DNA of 64,000 nucleotides from Verrucomicrobiia bacterium (GCA_035765675.1 DASTXC010000082.1:9851-73850), one strand, 5' to 3'; positions 1-9,911 are shown, counted from the first letter of the stretch. A program made the numbers and translations. Notes: a model not told the origin generated them from the sequence alone.

Positions 1-1412
1 CCCGGCATTTCCTTTCGCGCATCGTATTCTTCTCCGTCGTATTCGTTGTTGGCAACGATCGGCCCGTTCGTGGTGAGTTTCCAGGAACTGTCGCTGACGA
101 TTTCAGAAACCGAGCCGTCGGTGTGTTCGATGCGCAATTGCAGACGCAGTTTGGGGAAACCGTAACTCGGCATTCCTGCGTAAACCTGGCTGCGCGGTGA
201 ATAGAACCGGCCATTGCCAAGAATGGCGCCGATGGTGTTATCGCCGCGGCGAACCTGTTCCGTCACATCGTAAGTGACGTAGAACACGCGTTTCGGATAT
301 TCCGCCAGCGCGGGCGAAAGCACAGCGTCACCGATCTTGTTTCCATTGAGATACAATTCTGAAACGCCCAGACCCGAAGCGTAAACCGTTGCGCGGCGAA
401 TTCGCTTTTCCAGATTGAAATTTTTTCGCAGCCAGCGCGCGGGCAAACGGCGGCTTTCCGGAGCGCGAATCTGTTTCCACGGATCCATTCCCGCGGGGCC
501 GAGTTTCTTTGCGGCGCGCCAGGCGCCGTCATCGAAATCAATCTGCTGCCAGCCTTCCTCCTCCTGATCGCGGCTGCGCCATTGTTCATCGGTCCGCAAA
601 ATCATCGGCGGGCCTTGATCAAATTGGATCATGATTTTTGCGATCACACCGGCGGGTTTGGAATCGCGTCCGCGATTCGTGCCGAGCAAAGCGATTACAT
701 TTTTTCCGGGTTTCAAGTGCGCCGTGATGTCGGCGTCTTTGGTGGTGCGATAGTTGTCACGCTTTCCGAGATCGTAGCCGTTGATGAATCCACGGCACTC
801 GCTGTCGCCGGTGTAAAACGCCCGCGCGCGCACCACTTCGCGATCTTCCGGGAGTGCGAAGATGCGACGAAAATAACGCTGGCCCAGCGGCGCGGCCAAC
901 TGCGGTTCGCCTTCGGGAAACCAGATCCAATCGGTGCCTGAGAGCCAGTTGGTTCGCGTTTCGCCGTCGAGGCCAATCCATTCCGCGCTCCAGTCCGATT
1001 CATTCAGCAATCCCATCGACCAGCGCGCAGGTTTGCTCCAATGCGCTTTGCCGTTTTGATCCCACACACAAACTTTCCAGAAGTATTCCGCGCCCGAACG
1101 CAATGCCGCGCCGGCGTAAGGAATTTCCACGCATTGATCGGAGAAAACTTCGCCGGTGTCCCAGAGGTCGCCGTGCTCGCGGCGAAGGAGTTTTTCCGAG
1201 CTGGCGACGACGATTCGGTAGCCCACTTGCGAGACACCGCGTTTTTTAGATTCCAGATTCCAGCTCAGCCGCGGATGCAAAGCATCGATGCCCAGCGGTT
1301 CAACACGGCTTTCACAACGAAGATTGGAGATTTCCGGATCGTGCGAAAACCAGGCGAAACCCGTGTTCGACAAAATCAGGCAGAGAACGGCCAGCTTCAA
1401 AAACAAGTGCAT
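1..1412 (-). CDS. alpha-L-rhamnosidase (GH78 family), N-terminal ~470 aa; gene continues past the left window edge
   Basis: Absent from the supplied ORF track because it has no stop inside the window. Hand translation of the reverse strand from the ATG (complement of 1410-1412) stays open to position 1: MHLFLKLAVLCLILSNTGFAWFSHDPEISNLRCESRVEPLGIDALHPRLSWNLES..GDLWDTGEV..EYFWKVCVWDQNGKAHWSKPARWSMGLL..LYLNGNKIGDAVLSPALAEYPKRVFYVTYDVT..NEYDGEEYDARKEMPG. It is co-linear with the complete GH78-like ORF at 23885-26836 (LRCEYLVNPMAIDATHPRLSWIIDS..GDLWDSGKV..CFWKVRSWNQDGKAS..WHMGLL). Confidence 0.9.
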   Translation of the reverse strand, partial: MHLFLKLAVLCLILSNTGFAWFSHDPEISNLRCESRVEPLGIDALHPRLSWNLESKKRGVSQVGYRIVVASSEKLLRREHGDLWDTGEVFSDQCVEIPYAGAALRSGAEYFWKVCVWDQNGKAHWSKPARWSMGLLNESDWSAEWIGLDGETRTNWLSGTDWIWFPEGEPQLAAPLGQRYFRRIFALPEDREVVRARAFYTGDSECRGFINGYDLGKRDNYRTTKDADITAHLKPGKNVIALLGTNRGRDSKPAGVIAKIMIQFDQGPPMILRTDEQWRSRDQEEEGWQQIDFDDGAWRAAKKLGPAGMDPWKQIRAPESRRLPARWLRKNFNLEKRIRRATVYASGLGVSELYLNGNKIGDAVLSPALAEYPKRVFYVTYDVTEQVRRGDNTIGAILGNGRFYSPRSQVYAGMPSYGFPKLRLQLRIEHTDGSVSEIVSDSSWKLTTNGPIVANNEYDGEEYDARKEMP

Positions 1413-1598
1413 CGCGTGCGCGGAAAAAATCGGAAGGCAAAGCCGGCGGTGATAAGAATGACGTAAGTGCATATTACGGTTCGGAATTGTCCGGGCAGAG
1501 TAACGTCAGGACAAATCGAATGCCAAAGGGAATTTGCCCGCGAATTGCCGGCAACCGTTCCGGACGGCGGTGTTGGGCGGATTCGATTTTAGCGGACA

Positions 1599-1699
1599 CA
1601 AAGCGGTGCTGAAGCACGCGCACTCCAAACGCTTCGCGAAATTCAGATGCGAAAAACCACGCGGAGCGTCTGGAGTGCGCGTGCTTCGGCGCCGCTTTT
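1599..1699. repeat. imperfect inverted repeat, ~40-nt arms and 21-nt loop (REP-like palindromic element)
   Basis: Left arm 1599-1638 is caaagcggtgctgaagcacgcgcactccaaacgcttcgcg. The reverse complement of the right arm 1660-1699 is aaaagcggcgccgaagcacgcgcactccagacgctccgcg. That is 35/40 matches, and three of the mismatches are G-U compatible on the + strand. It sits between the stop of the CotH gene (1762) and the start of the GH78 gene (1412), both on the minus strand. Confidence 0.6.
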
Positions 1700-1761
1700 G
1701 AACGATCAATTCGTTCCGCCCCAGAACGCCGCTATTCAAAATCGGCGCAATCCGTGGAATT

Positions 1762-4700
1762 TCAGGGCGCGACCACGACGCGATAGAATCGGGCCGAATT
1801 GGTTTCCGCTGTCGGATCGGTGAACGTGCTCGAATCGGAGGTGGCGGTGAAATTCGTTAACACAAGCCAGTCGGCGTCCGTCAGATTGTCTTTGTATTCC
1901 ACGCGATAATTCAGATTGGGCTGGGTCGTGAACTTCAAAACAAATCCTTCGTTCTGCGCATAACCGGCTTCGGAAACAGTCGGCGTATTCGCCAGATAAC
2001 CCGGCGAACCAATGTCGCCGTTCAATACGGCAACGAATGCGCCGTTCTGGCCGGCCACACTCAAACCGCCAAAGATTCTCGAAGCCGGATCGTAACCAAA
2101 TGAAACACCTTTGGTCGCGTTGCCGAACGTGGCATCGGTCACGGTGTCGTTGATCGACGTGGCAACCGCATTCCACAGATGAATCTCATCACCATCGTTT
2201 CCAAAACCGATTTCTGAATACGGAATGATCTGCAGATTCCGGGGAAGATTCTGCGGCCCCCACCACGCGCGAAAATCGTCGGGTGTCATTTCCTGAACCA
2301 GAACCACGGATTCGCCCGGTGCAATGATCACGGGGGTGGAAATGGTTTGGGCATCATCAAAGGAGTTGTGATTGTCATCAAACCGGTAGCCTTGCAGGTT
2401 CACTGCGAAATTGCCGAGGTTGCTCAATTCCCACCAATCAGAAGTGGAGATCGTCACGCCAGCGCCTTTTTTGGCTTCGTTCGACATGACTTCAGTGACA
2501 ACGAGATTCGGCTTCGGAGTAACGTTCAAGACGAACGAATTTGTCGCGCTGCCAACAACGTTGCTGGCAATGATGGAATACGTTCCAGCCTGATTGGTAT
2601 TCGTGAGCGAAAGCGTCAGTTGCGCGTTGGTCTGGTTGACGAGATCGACGCCGTTGAATTGCCATTGATATGTGGGCGCGGGGACGCCGCTGGCCTGCGC
2701 GGTGAACACGGGTGATTGGCCAGGATACGCCTCCAGGTTGAATGGACTTTGCGTAATCACCGGTGCAATCGCTTCAACATAGGTGCCGCGGGTCAGACCT
2801 GACCACGAACTCGACAAAGGCGGATTGTTGGGCCCGGTCAAATTGTGATGTGCCAGATTCAGGGCGCGGGCGAGGATTGTGACATTGGAGTTCAAAGCGA
2901 GTGGTGAATTGTAAATTCGCGCGCTGGACGAAATGCCGCCGCCGGACAAACGCGGGTCCGTTCCGTTGGTGGTGTAGTAAATCGTCGCGCCGGTTTCAGC
3001 GGTGAGTCCCAAAACAAATCCTGGAACAATCGCGCCATTGGTATCGCTGAACACCGGCTTGGCCACGAAGTTCGTGTCCATGAAATGCAGTCGGTCGGAA
3101 TACCATTTTTTCAGGAAATCGATTTCGCCCTGATACGTTCCCGGGAAACTGTAGCTGTAACCGGAATTGCTGATGAATCCGGAGCGAGGCCGGGTCAGAC
3201 TCGACCAGCGGGCGGCTTCGCGCGGTTGCTGCTGGCGCACCTGATCTGCAAGCGCGTCGATGGTGGCGTAAATGTGGTTCGTTGAAAGCACGGTTTCACG
3301 CAAGTTCTCGTAACGGTCAATCCACGCCTGAAAAAAATCGGTGTCCGTAAACATTCGCGACCACCAGGTGTAATTGAAAAAGTCCGTGCCGCGATCGCCA
3401 ATGGGCGCGCGCCAGTAGAACGGACTGAAATCGCGGCCGTCGGTCGAACCCTGCGAACGGTCGAAGTCCCACACCGGACCGAAAACCATTTTGTTTGTGC
3501 GATCCTTGTAAAAATACGCGCTCAGACGCAGCGCATCCATATTGAATGCGACGACGTTCAGGAGGTGATGATCAATCCAGGAGGGCTCATCGATGTATGC
3601 GCGATAACCGGTCGTTGGGTCTCGGTAATTTATGCCGTTCAATGCCACGCCGAATGCGTTCATGTAAGTTTGCAGATACTGTTTTTGCGGCGCTCGCTGC
3701 GGTGTTTTGATTTCCGCTTCTTTCGGATAATCATAAACAATCGTTTGGCCGGCGCTGTAGAACCCGCTTTCGTTCGGTCCCAGCCGGTCAATCTTCATCA
3801 TGTAACCGCCGCTGAGGTTGGGCTGGGAATTGTCCTTCGGATTCAGATTATCCACGGAACGGATTTTCGTGATGTTCACGCGGTTCTTGTCCCATTTGAT
3901 TTTTTCGGTCAGCACGTAGATGCCGTTGTAATTGGCGGCGGTGACCTTGCCGCCGGAGGTGTTGAGATACACTTCCACAAACCGGGTGCGTGGCGCGTAA
4001 CGCCCGATTTCATTGCTCAACTGGTAAATGAGCGGATTGTGGATCAGCACCGGATCGAAATTGTTTGGCGCGTATAAAACGAAACTCGATTCGGAAGGCA
4101 GCCCGAGCGGAGAATAATTTTCATCGCCGCCGAATTCATCGCTGAAACCGACGGAATATCCCTTTTTGGCAATGTCCGCAGAACTTGAACCGCGGACGTG
4201 AATCGTCGCGCGCGCGGTCAGGGTGGATGGATTGCTCAGCGACGTCACGCCATTCGACGGTTCGTAAATGGAGAGGTTCGCAAATTGATCGTTGTCCTGC
4301 GGCACGCTGCCCGCGCCGAAATTGTAAATCACAATCGCCGGCAGATCGGAGGTCGTGTTGAGCAGACTGGAATCGAGTTGGATATAACTTTCGCTGTGCA
4401 CCGGTCCGGGCATCAGGCCGTGAGCAGTGTCAAATGCCCGCGCTCTCACCTGTCGTGAACCAGTGATGGGAATCGGGCCCGTGTAGATCGCCGAATCGTC
4501 CGTCGGCACACTGCCATCAAGGGTGTAATAAATCACCGCGTCCGCGTCGTCCGTGGAAAGCTGCAGATTGAAGGAGGAAATAAAAGTTCCACCCGCGCGT
4601 GAGAAGTTGATTTCCGAAGTGAAGTTCGCGCTCTTGGTTGAATTTGGTTCACCCGGCGTGGGTTTTGGAAAAAAACCGGTAATGTTCGGGTGAATCACGT

Positions 4701-5688
4701 CACGCCCGTAGGCGACGTCCACCCGTTGCGTCGGATAATTGAAAACCGAAACAACAGTTCCCTGCGGATTCAAAAGCGCGAGATAACCGCCGTCCACCGG
4801 CAGTCGGAAATTCGTATGCAGTTCTCTCGTGTTGATCACGCGATTTTTTCCGGACGCGAATACGACCATGAAATTGTCCGAGCCATTGGCATTCTCGCGG
4901 CAGGGGAGCGTCACGTTGGGAAATTTCCACAGCGCGACGCGATTCGTGTCCGCGGTCAGCGCCCAGCCGTTGAGATTCACATCGCTGCTTGTCGGATTGA
5001 AGATTTCAATCCAGGGCGAAGCGTCGCCGTCTTCGTCCACCACCGTGGTCTGATTCGTGGCCATGAATTCCGAAATGCCCGCGCTTTCCCACATCCCGCT
5101 GGTTGAAGCCGACAGCGTGGCCCAGATCACGAAATCGCTGCTCGAGCTTTTGGAGGAATTGAACGCCTGGATGGCGATGACGTTGGTTCCGTTCACCAGA
5201 TAATTCTGCGGATTGCTCAGAACATAATTCTGCACCGGCACCGGCTCGGACAGAGCGTGAGACGACGAGGCATCGAAAGCGATGTCGCCCGACGGCATGT
5301 TGAACCGCACGACTTCCACGCCGTTGATCCACGCAATGAAGCCGTCATCGCACAAGGCCGTCATTCGCAACTGAGTGATTTGCGAAGCATTCGTTAAGGC
5401 AATTGACTTCCGCATGAAGATGCACGTGTAGCCGTGGAACATATCCGTCAAAGCCGTGTTGCCGGTGAAGGCGTTAGCGCTGCCCGGCTCATTTTCGTAG
5501 TAAAACGGCGCAGTGCCCGTAAGCCATGAGGAATCATTGAATCCAGCACTTCGCCAGGCGGAGCGGGGTGACGATGCTTCCGAAGTGCCTTTGAAATATT
5601 TCCAGGCAGAATTGGTGGAGAACAACGATTCGCCGTGAACGGAAAAGACCATGGCGGCGGCGAGTAGAGCCGAGCGGAGGAACTTCAT
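1762..5688 (-). CDS. secreted LTD / CotH-family multidomain protein (CotH-1)
   Basis: 1308-aa ORF. Signal peptide MKFLRSALLAAAMVFSVHG. Two lamin-tail-domain-like segments (SPWIEIFNPTSSDVNLNGWALTAD; SDWWELSNLGNFAVNLQGYRFDD). CotH core (GYSVGF..LYAPNNFDPVLIHNPLIYQLSNEIGRYAPRTRFVEVYLN..MVFGPVWDFDRSQG). One Ig-like domain (PTYQWQFNGVDLVNQTNAQLTLSLTNTNQAGTYSIIASNVVG). C-terminal ~63-aa domain ending ARFYRVVVAP. Confidence 0.85.
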   Translation of the reverse strand: MKFLRSALLAAAMVFSVHGESLFSTNSAWKYFKGTSEASSPRSAWRSAGFNDSSWLTGTAPFYYENEPGSANAFTGNTALTDMFHGYTCIFMRKSIALTNASQITQLRMTALCDDGFIAWINGVEVVRFNMPSGDIAFDASSSHALSEPVPVQNYVLSNPQNYLVNGTNVIAIQAFNSSKSSSSDFVIWATLSASTSGMWESAGISEFMATNQTTVVDEDGDASPWIEIFNPTSSDVNLNGWALTADTNRVALWKFPNVTLPCRENANGSDNFMVVFASGKNRVINTRELHTNFRLPVDGGYLALLNPQGTVVSVFNYPTQRVDVAYGRDVIHPNITGFFPKPTPGEPNSTKSANFTSEINFSRAGGTFISSFNLQLSTDDADAVIYYTLDGSVPTDDSAIYTGPIPITGSRQVRARAFDTAHGLMPGPVHSESYIQLDSSLLNTTSDLPAIVIYNFGAGSVPQDNDQFANLSIYEPSNGVTSLSNPSTLTARATIHVRGSSSADIAKKGYSVGFSDEFGGDENYSPLGLPSESSFVLYAPNNFDPVLIHNPLIYQLSNEIGRYAPRTRFVEVYLNTSGGKVTAANYNGIYVLTEKIKWDKNRVNITKIRSVDNLNPKDNSQPNLSGGYMMKIDRLGPNESGFYSAGQTIVYDYPKEAEIKTPQRAPQKQYLQTYMNAFGVALNGINYRDPTTGYRAYIDEPSWIDHHLLNVVAFNMDALRLSAYFYKDRTNKMVFGPVWDFDRSQGSTDGRDFSPFYWRAPIGDRGTDFFNYTWWSRMFTDTDFFQAWIDRYENLRETVLSTNHIYATIDALADQVRQQQPREAARWSSLTRPRSGFISNSGYSYSFPGTYQGEIDFLKKWYSDRLHFMDTNFVAKPVFSDTNGAIVPGFVLGLTAETGATIYYTTNGTDPRLSGGGISSSARIYNSPLALNSNVTILARALNLAHHNLTGPNNPPLSSSWSGLTRGTYVEAIAPVITQSPFNLEAYPGQSPVFTAQASGVPAPTYQWQFNGVDLVNQTNAQLTLSLTNTNQAGTYSIIASNVVGSATNSFVLNVTPKPNLVVTEVMSNEAKKGAGVTISTSDWWELSNLGNFAVNLQGYRFDDNHNSFDDAQTISTPVIIAPGESVVLVQEMTPDDFRAWWGPQNLPRNLQIIPYSEIGFGNDGDEIHLWNAVATSINDTVTDATFGNATKGVSFGYDPASRIFGGLSVAGQNGAFVAVLNGDIGSPGYLANTPTVSEAGYAQNEGFVLKFTTQPNLNYRVEYKDNLTDADWLVLTNFTATSDSSTFTDPTAETNSARFYRVVVAP

Positions 5689-5836
5689 TATTTTGAGACG
5701 TTAAACGCCCACGCAAAATGCAGCAATTCCGCAATTGGGCTGAAATGATTTGTAGGGAGTATCACGGAGAAAAGGTGAATCGGCGAATCAGCGCAGGCGC
5801 GCAATTCATCGAAGTGTGAGCGGCGCTGCTTTGGTG

Positions 5837-7519
5837 CTACGTCGAATGCTGATTTTTTGACTCGTTCTCGTTCGGCGTTGCCGCGGGATGCGTTCGCGCC
5901 AGGATCAGACGCGAAACCGATGGCGACGATTCGCCAACGTGAAAACTCAGGACTCGATTTCGAATCGCATGATCCGCCACTGTGAAACGCTCGATTTGCC
6001 GGCGGCGTTCGAGCCAGGATTCCAACACATACGTTTCGAGATAACGCGTTGCGTCAAAAGGATCGCGATACAACGCCCAGCGAATTGCGCCGTCGCGACG
6101 GCGGATGCGTCCGAGTTCATGCGCGGCCTGGACGAATTCTGCCGCGCGTTTCGGATCAATGCGAAACGTAACAGTGATCAGCACCGGGCCTTCCTCCGGC
6201 TGTGGCTCGATCATCACTTGCGGCGCGGATCGACTGAGCGCGTGCGCCAGGCGTCCCGGCGAATGATCCAGCGCGGCGGCGGACATCAAAGGAAATTTCC
6301 GCGCGAACGTCAGAGTTCCCAGCAATCCCACCGCGCCCGCGCTGAGCGCAATTCCCGCGCTCGAATGTTCCGCCACCGTTCCCCAGACCGCGCTGCCGAT
6401 GGCCATGCCTCCTTGAAAAACCATTTGATAAATTCCCAGTGACCGCGCCTGCACCCAGGCTGGAACCGAGAGTTGAACGGCGATATTCAAACATGAAGTG
6501 GTGCTTGTCCACGCCATGCCGCCCAGCAGCAAAGCGAGAATCAGAATCCAGAATTGATGCACCCAGCCAAGCACGAGCAGCGTGACGGTGAACGCCAGTG
6601 CGGCGGCATTGACAATCGTGTCCGCGGAATAGCGCCGTCGCATTTTCGGCAACAGAATCGCACCCGTCACGGCGCCCACACCGATGCACGCGGTGAGAAT
6701 GCCATAGCCCATCGCGCCGCGGCGAACGTGTTGTTTGGCGACGACTGCGAGCAGCGCCCACATTCCGCTCACGCAAAACGTAAGCATAAAGGCGCGCGTC
6801 AGGATTGAGCGCATCGTGGGAGTGAAACGCGTGTAACGCAGGCCCGAACGCATGGACGCCATCAGCCGTTCCGTGGGCAGCGCGCTGGTGAACAGCGGTT
6901 TTCGTTTCCAACGATAAATCACGACCAACACCGCGCCGAACGAAAACGCATTGACCAGAAACACGAGTCCCGCGCCGAACATCACGGAAGCAAAAGCCGC
7001 GACCGCCAGACCGCCGGCTGCGGGACCGACCGCGCGCGCAATGTTGAAAGCGGCGCTGTTGAGTGCGATGGCTTCAGGAAGTTCTTCGCGCGGCACGAGT
7101 TCGGGAACAATCGCCTGCCAGGTCGGACCGTTCATCGCGGAGCCGGCGCTCAGAAAAAAGGTCAGCAACAACAGCCACCATGCGTTGATTAAACCGGCAA
7201 ATGTCAATGCACTGAGAATCGCCGCGGCGAGCAGCATCCAGCCGCTCCACGCCAGCAGCAATCGACGACGATCCAGAATGTCAGCCGTCGCTCCCGCCGG
7301 CAGTCCGAGCAACAGCACGGGGAGACTTGCTGCCGTTTGCATCAGCGCGATCAACAACGGCGAAGTGGTCAGCGCGGTCATCAGCCAGGCGCCTGCGGTG
7401 TCCTGCATCCAGCTGCCCGTGTTGGAAATGACCGACGCGATGAGCCGGTTGCGAAACAGCGGACGACGCAACGGCGACCAGACGGAATGCGAAGCTACCG
7501 GCAAATTGGGTTGAGTCAT
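5837..7519 (-). CDS. MFS transporter (EntS/DUF894-like) with a ~110-aa soluble C-terminal extension
   Basis: 560-aa ORF that is mostly hydrophobic helices. MFS loop motif GLPAGATADILDRRRLLL. The C-terminal tail VLITVTFRIDPKRAAEFVQAAHELGRIRRRDGAIRWALYRDPFDATRYLETYVLESW looks like a small alpha+beta (ABM-like) domain; that assignment is weak. Confidence 0.8.
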   Translation of the reverse strand: MTQPNLPVASHSVWSPLRRPLFRNRLIASVISNTGSWMQDTAGAWLMTALTTSPLLIALMQTAASLPVLLLGLPAGATADILDRRRLLLAWSGWMLLAAAILSALTFAGLINAWWLLLLTFFLSAGSAMNGPTWQAIVPELVPREELPEAIALNSAAFNIARAVGPAAGGLAVAAFASVMFGAGLVFLVNAFSFGAVLVVIYRWKRKPLFTSALPTERLMASMRSGLRYTRFTPTMRSILTRAFMLTFCVSGMWALLAVVAKQHVRRGAMGYGILTACIGVGAVTGAILLPKMRRRYSADTIVNAAALAFTVTLLVLGWVHQFWILILALLLGGMAWTSTTSCLNIAVQLSVPAWVQARSLGIYQMVFQGGMAIGSAVWGTVAEHSSAGIALSAGAVGLLGTLTFARKFPLMSAAALDHSPGRLAHALSRSAPQVMIEPQPEEGPVLITVTFRIDPKRAAEFVQAAHELGRIRRRDGAIRWALYRDPFDATRYLETYVLESWLERRRQIERFTVADHAIRNRVLSFHVGESSPSVSRLILARTHPAATPNENESKNQHST

Positions 7520-7729
7520 GCCGGTCGGAACTTAGCGCGAAGGTTCTGGTGTGAGTAGTAGAAATCCCGGTCGGATTCGCAAAAACAATTCCTACCTCAA
7601 TGGCATTCCTCGCGGCAATCGGCCGGTTCTCTGGATCGCAGGCAAGAAATGGTTGAACTTTTCACTGAAGCGCGGAGGGCCGCTGCCGATACACAAACGA
7701 TGCAATCTTTGTCGGAACTCGATTCGGCG

Positions 7730-9817
7730 ATGACCAAAAGAACACGCCTGAAACCGGCTTTGCGGGTTCTTGTCGCGGCGGCAGTTCTTTTGAATTTTTC
7801 CGTTGTTGTCTCGCGCGGTGACAACACGGATGTCCTGGAATTGAGCAATTTCAGCCTGGAGGAACTGATCAACATGCAGGTCACTTCCGTGGGCAAAAAG
7901 GAAACCCGGTTGTTTCGGTCTCCCGCAGCGATCGCGGTACTGACGGCGGATGATTTGAAACGACTCGGTGCGAACAGCCTTCCGGAAGCGTTGCGTGCCG
8001 TTCCCGGAATCCAAGTCGCGCGGATCAGTGCGAATCGCTGGGCGGTTTCTGCGCGCGGGTTGAATGACGAATACTCCAACAAGCTCTTGGTGCTGGTGGA
8101 TGGCCGCAGCGTTTACACGCCGTTGTTCGGTGGCGTGCATTGGAACGGGCAGGACATTGTGCTGGAGGATCTGGATCGCATCGAAGTCATTCGCGGTCCG
8201 GGCGCGACATTATGGGGCGCGAACGCGGTGAATGGCGTGATCAACATCATCACGAAGAGCGCGAAGGAAACGCAAGGCGGCCTGGTTTCGAGCACCGTCG
8301 GCACGGAGGATCAACCTTCAATCAGCGCGCGTTATGGCGGGCAACTTTCCAGCAATGTTTATTACCGCGTTTACGCAAAATATTTTAATCGCGAAGGTTT
8401 TGAAGACGCGCGCGGGCGCAGCATGTCGGACGATTGGAATGTCGCGCGGGGTGGAATTCGCCTGGACTGGGAAGCGAGCGAGCAGAACACGCTGACGCTG
8501 CTGGCGGATTATTTTGGCGGAACGTTCGGTGAAACGGTGGGAAAAACGGCGATTTATCCGGTTCCCAGAACCCGCGAAATCGATCTCGAATCGGATGTCA
8601 CCAGCGGGAATATTCTCGGGCGTTGGACGAGCAAATTTTCTGAAGAATCAGAACTGAAGCTGCAGGTGTATTACGATCAGAACCGCCGGGAACATCCTTT
8701 TGGCGGCGGTGTGCTGGTGGCTCAACCGGGCGAATTCAGTCCAGATCAGAACAAGCTGGAGGAGCGGCGCGATACCTGGGATGTCGATCTGCAGCATCGC
8801 TTTGCGCTGGGGGAACGTCAGGACGTGGTTTGGGGAATGGGCTATCGGCGTTCGCAGGATCACATTTCCTCGGAGGGGACGGAATTTTTCTGGACGCGTG
8901 AACGTTCGGCAGACGATTTGTACAGCGCGTTTCTGCAGGATGAAATCGCGATTGTTCCGGAGAAACTGGCGTTCACAATCGGATCCAAGCTGGAACACAA
9001 CGACTACACGGGATTTGAAGTTCAGCCCGCCGGACGCATCGCCTGGACACCAAACGATCAGCACACGGTGTGGGGTTCCATCGCGAGAGCCGTGCGCACT
9101 CCGACGCGATTGGAAAGAGATTCGCGCGCCAACATCGCCGCGTATCCGCCCAGCGCCGACATCCCGTTGCCGGTGATTATCACTGCCTATGGCGATCGTA
9201 ATGCGCGATCCGAGGAATCGCTGTCCTATGAACTGGGCTATCGTTATGAACCCACGCGACGATTGTCGTTCGACGTTTCGGCTTATTTCAATGAATACGA
9301 TCTGCTGGCAAACCGGGCTGATCCGGGCCAGGTGATTCTCGATCTGCCGCCGTATTATCTCCAGAGTTTCCGGTATCATAACAACATTCACGGCCACACT
9401 TACGGGACGGAATTGCTCGTGCGATGGCAACCCACGGATTACTGGCGGCTCACCGCGGCCTACACCTGGTGGCGCGGCGATTTCGAAGGCGAACCTTACA
9501 TCGACGTTACGAATCCGGAACATCAGTTCAACGTGCGTTCCAGCGTCGCACTCGGGCACGGTCTGGAATTCAACACGGTTGGATATTTCGTCGATAGCGT
9601 TCGTTCGTTGCGGGAGGGTGACGCGAATCCGATTCAGATTGATTCCTACTTCCGGCTGGATCTTGGCCTGACCTGGGCGCCGTCGGAACGATTCGAGTTT
9701 TCGGTCTGGGCGCAAAATCTGTTGGACGAAGGGCATCCGGAATTCTCGAACTATAAATCGCGGCAGGTCGCAGAAATTCCGCGCTCATTTTTCGGAAAGG
9801 TCACGTGGCGGTTTTGA
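7730..9817 (+). CDS. TonB-dependent outer-membrane receptor
   Basis: Plug domain TSVGKKETRLFRSPAAIAVLTADDLKRLGANSLPEALRAVPGIQVAR..LLVLVDGRSVYTPLFGGVHWNGQDIVLEDLDRIEVIRGPGATLWGANAVNGVINIITK. Beta-barrel with terminal ..GKVTWRF. In-frame ATGs lie at 7649, 7700 and 7730. Only 7730 places a normal signal peptide (MTKRTRLKPALRVLVAAAVLLNFSVVVSRG) at the N-terminus. Confidence 0.85.
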   Translation: MTKRTRLKPALRVLVAAAVLLNFSVVVSRGDNTDVLELSNFSLEELINMQVTSVGKKETRLFRSPAAIAVLTADDLKRLGANSLPEALRAVPGIQVARISANRWAVSARGLNDEYSNKLLVLVDGRSVYTPLFGGVHWNGQDIVLEDLDRIEVIRGPGATLWGANAVNGVINIITKSAKETQGGLVSSTVGTEDQPSISARYGGQLSSNVYYRVYAKYFNREGFEDARGRSMSDDWNVARGGIRLDWEASEQNTLTLLADYFGGTFGETVGKTAIYPVPRTREIDLESDVTSGNILGRWTSKFSEESELKLQVYYDQNRREHPFGGGVLVAQPGEFSPDQNKLEERRDTWDVDLQHRFALGERQDVVWGMGYRRSQDHISSEGTEFFWTRERSADDLYSAFLQDEIAIVPEKLAFTIGSKLEHNDYTGFEVQPAGRIAWTPNDQHTVWGSIARAVRTPTRLERDSRANIAAYPPSADIPLPVIITAYGDRNARSEESLSYELGYRYEPTRRLSFDVSAYFNEYDLLANRADPGQVILDLPPYYLQSFRYHNNIHGHTYGTELLVRWQPTDYWRLTAAYTWWRGDFEGEPYIDVTNPEHQFNVRSSVALGHGLEFNTVGYFVDSVRSLREGDANPIQIDSYFRLDLGLTWAPSERFEFSVWAQNLLDEGHPEFSNYKSRQVAEIPRSFFGKVTWRF

Positions 9818-9911
9818 GCGGTTCACAGTTGAAGAAGTTTCGCAATTGCAGTCGTTCCGAAAAAATCATGTTCGACCGCAACGACTCGCGCCTCGCAGGT
9901 TTGACGCACGA

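Noticed and set aside
1506-1739. 77-aa ORF in the gap between the CotH-1 and GH78 genes
   Set aside because: Its reading frame is generated by the two arms of the 1599-1699 palindrome (..FAKRLECACFSTAL..). It is most simply a by-product of a repeat or hairpin, not a gene.
7520-7729. Divergent MFS (EntS-like) / TonB-dependent receptor pair, considered as a siderophore export/import unit with a Fur box
   Set aside because: I found no sequence resembling GATAATGATAATCATTATC in the 210-nt divergent region. The receptor is followed by YfiR and kinases rather than uptake genes, so a signalling role fits better. The siderophore idea has no support beyond the gene classes.
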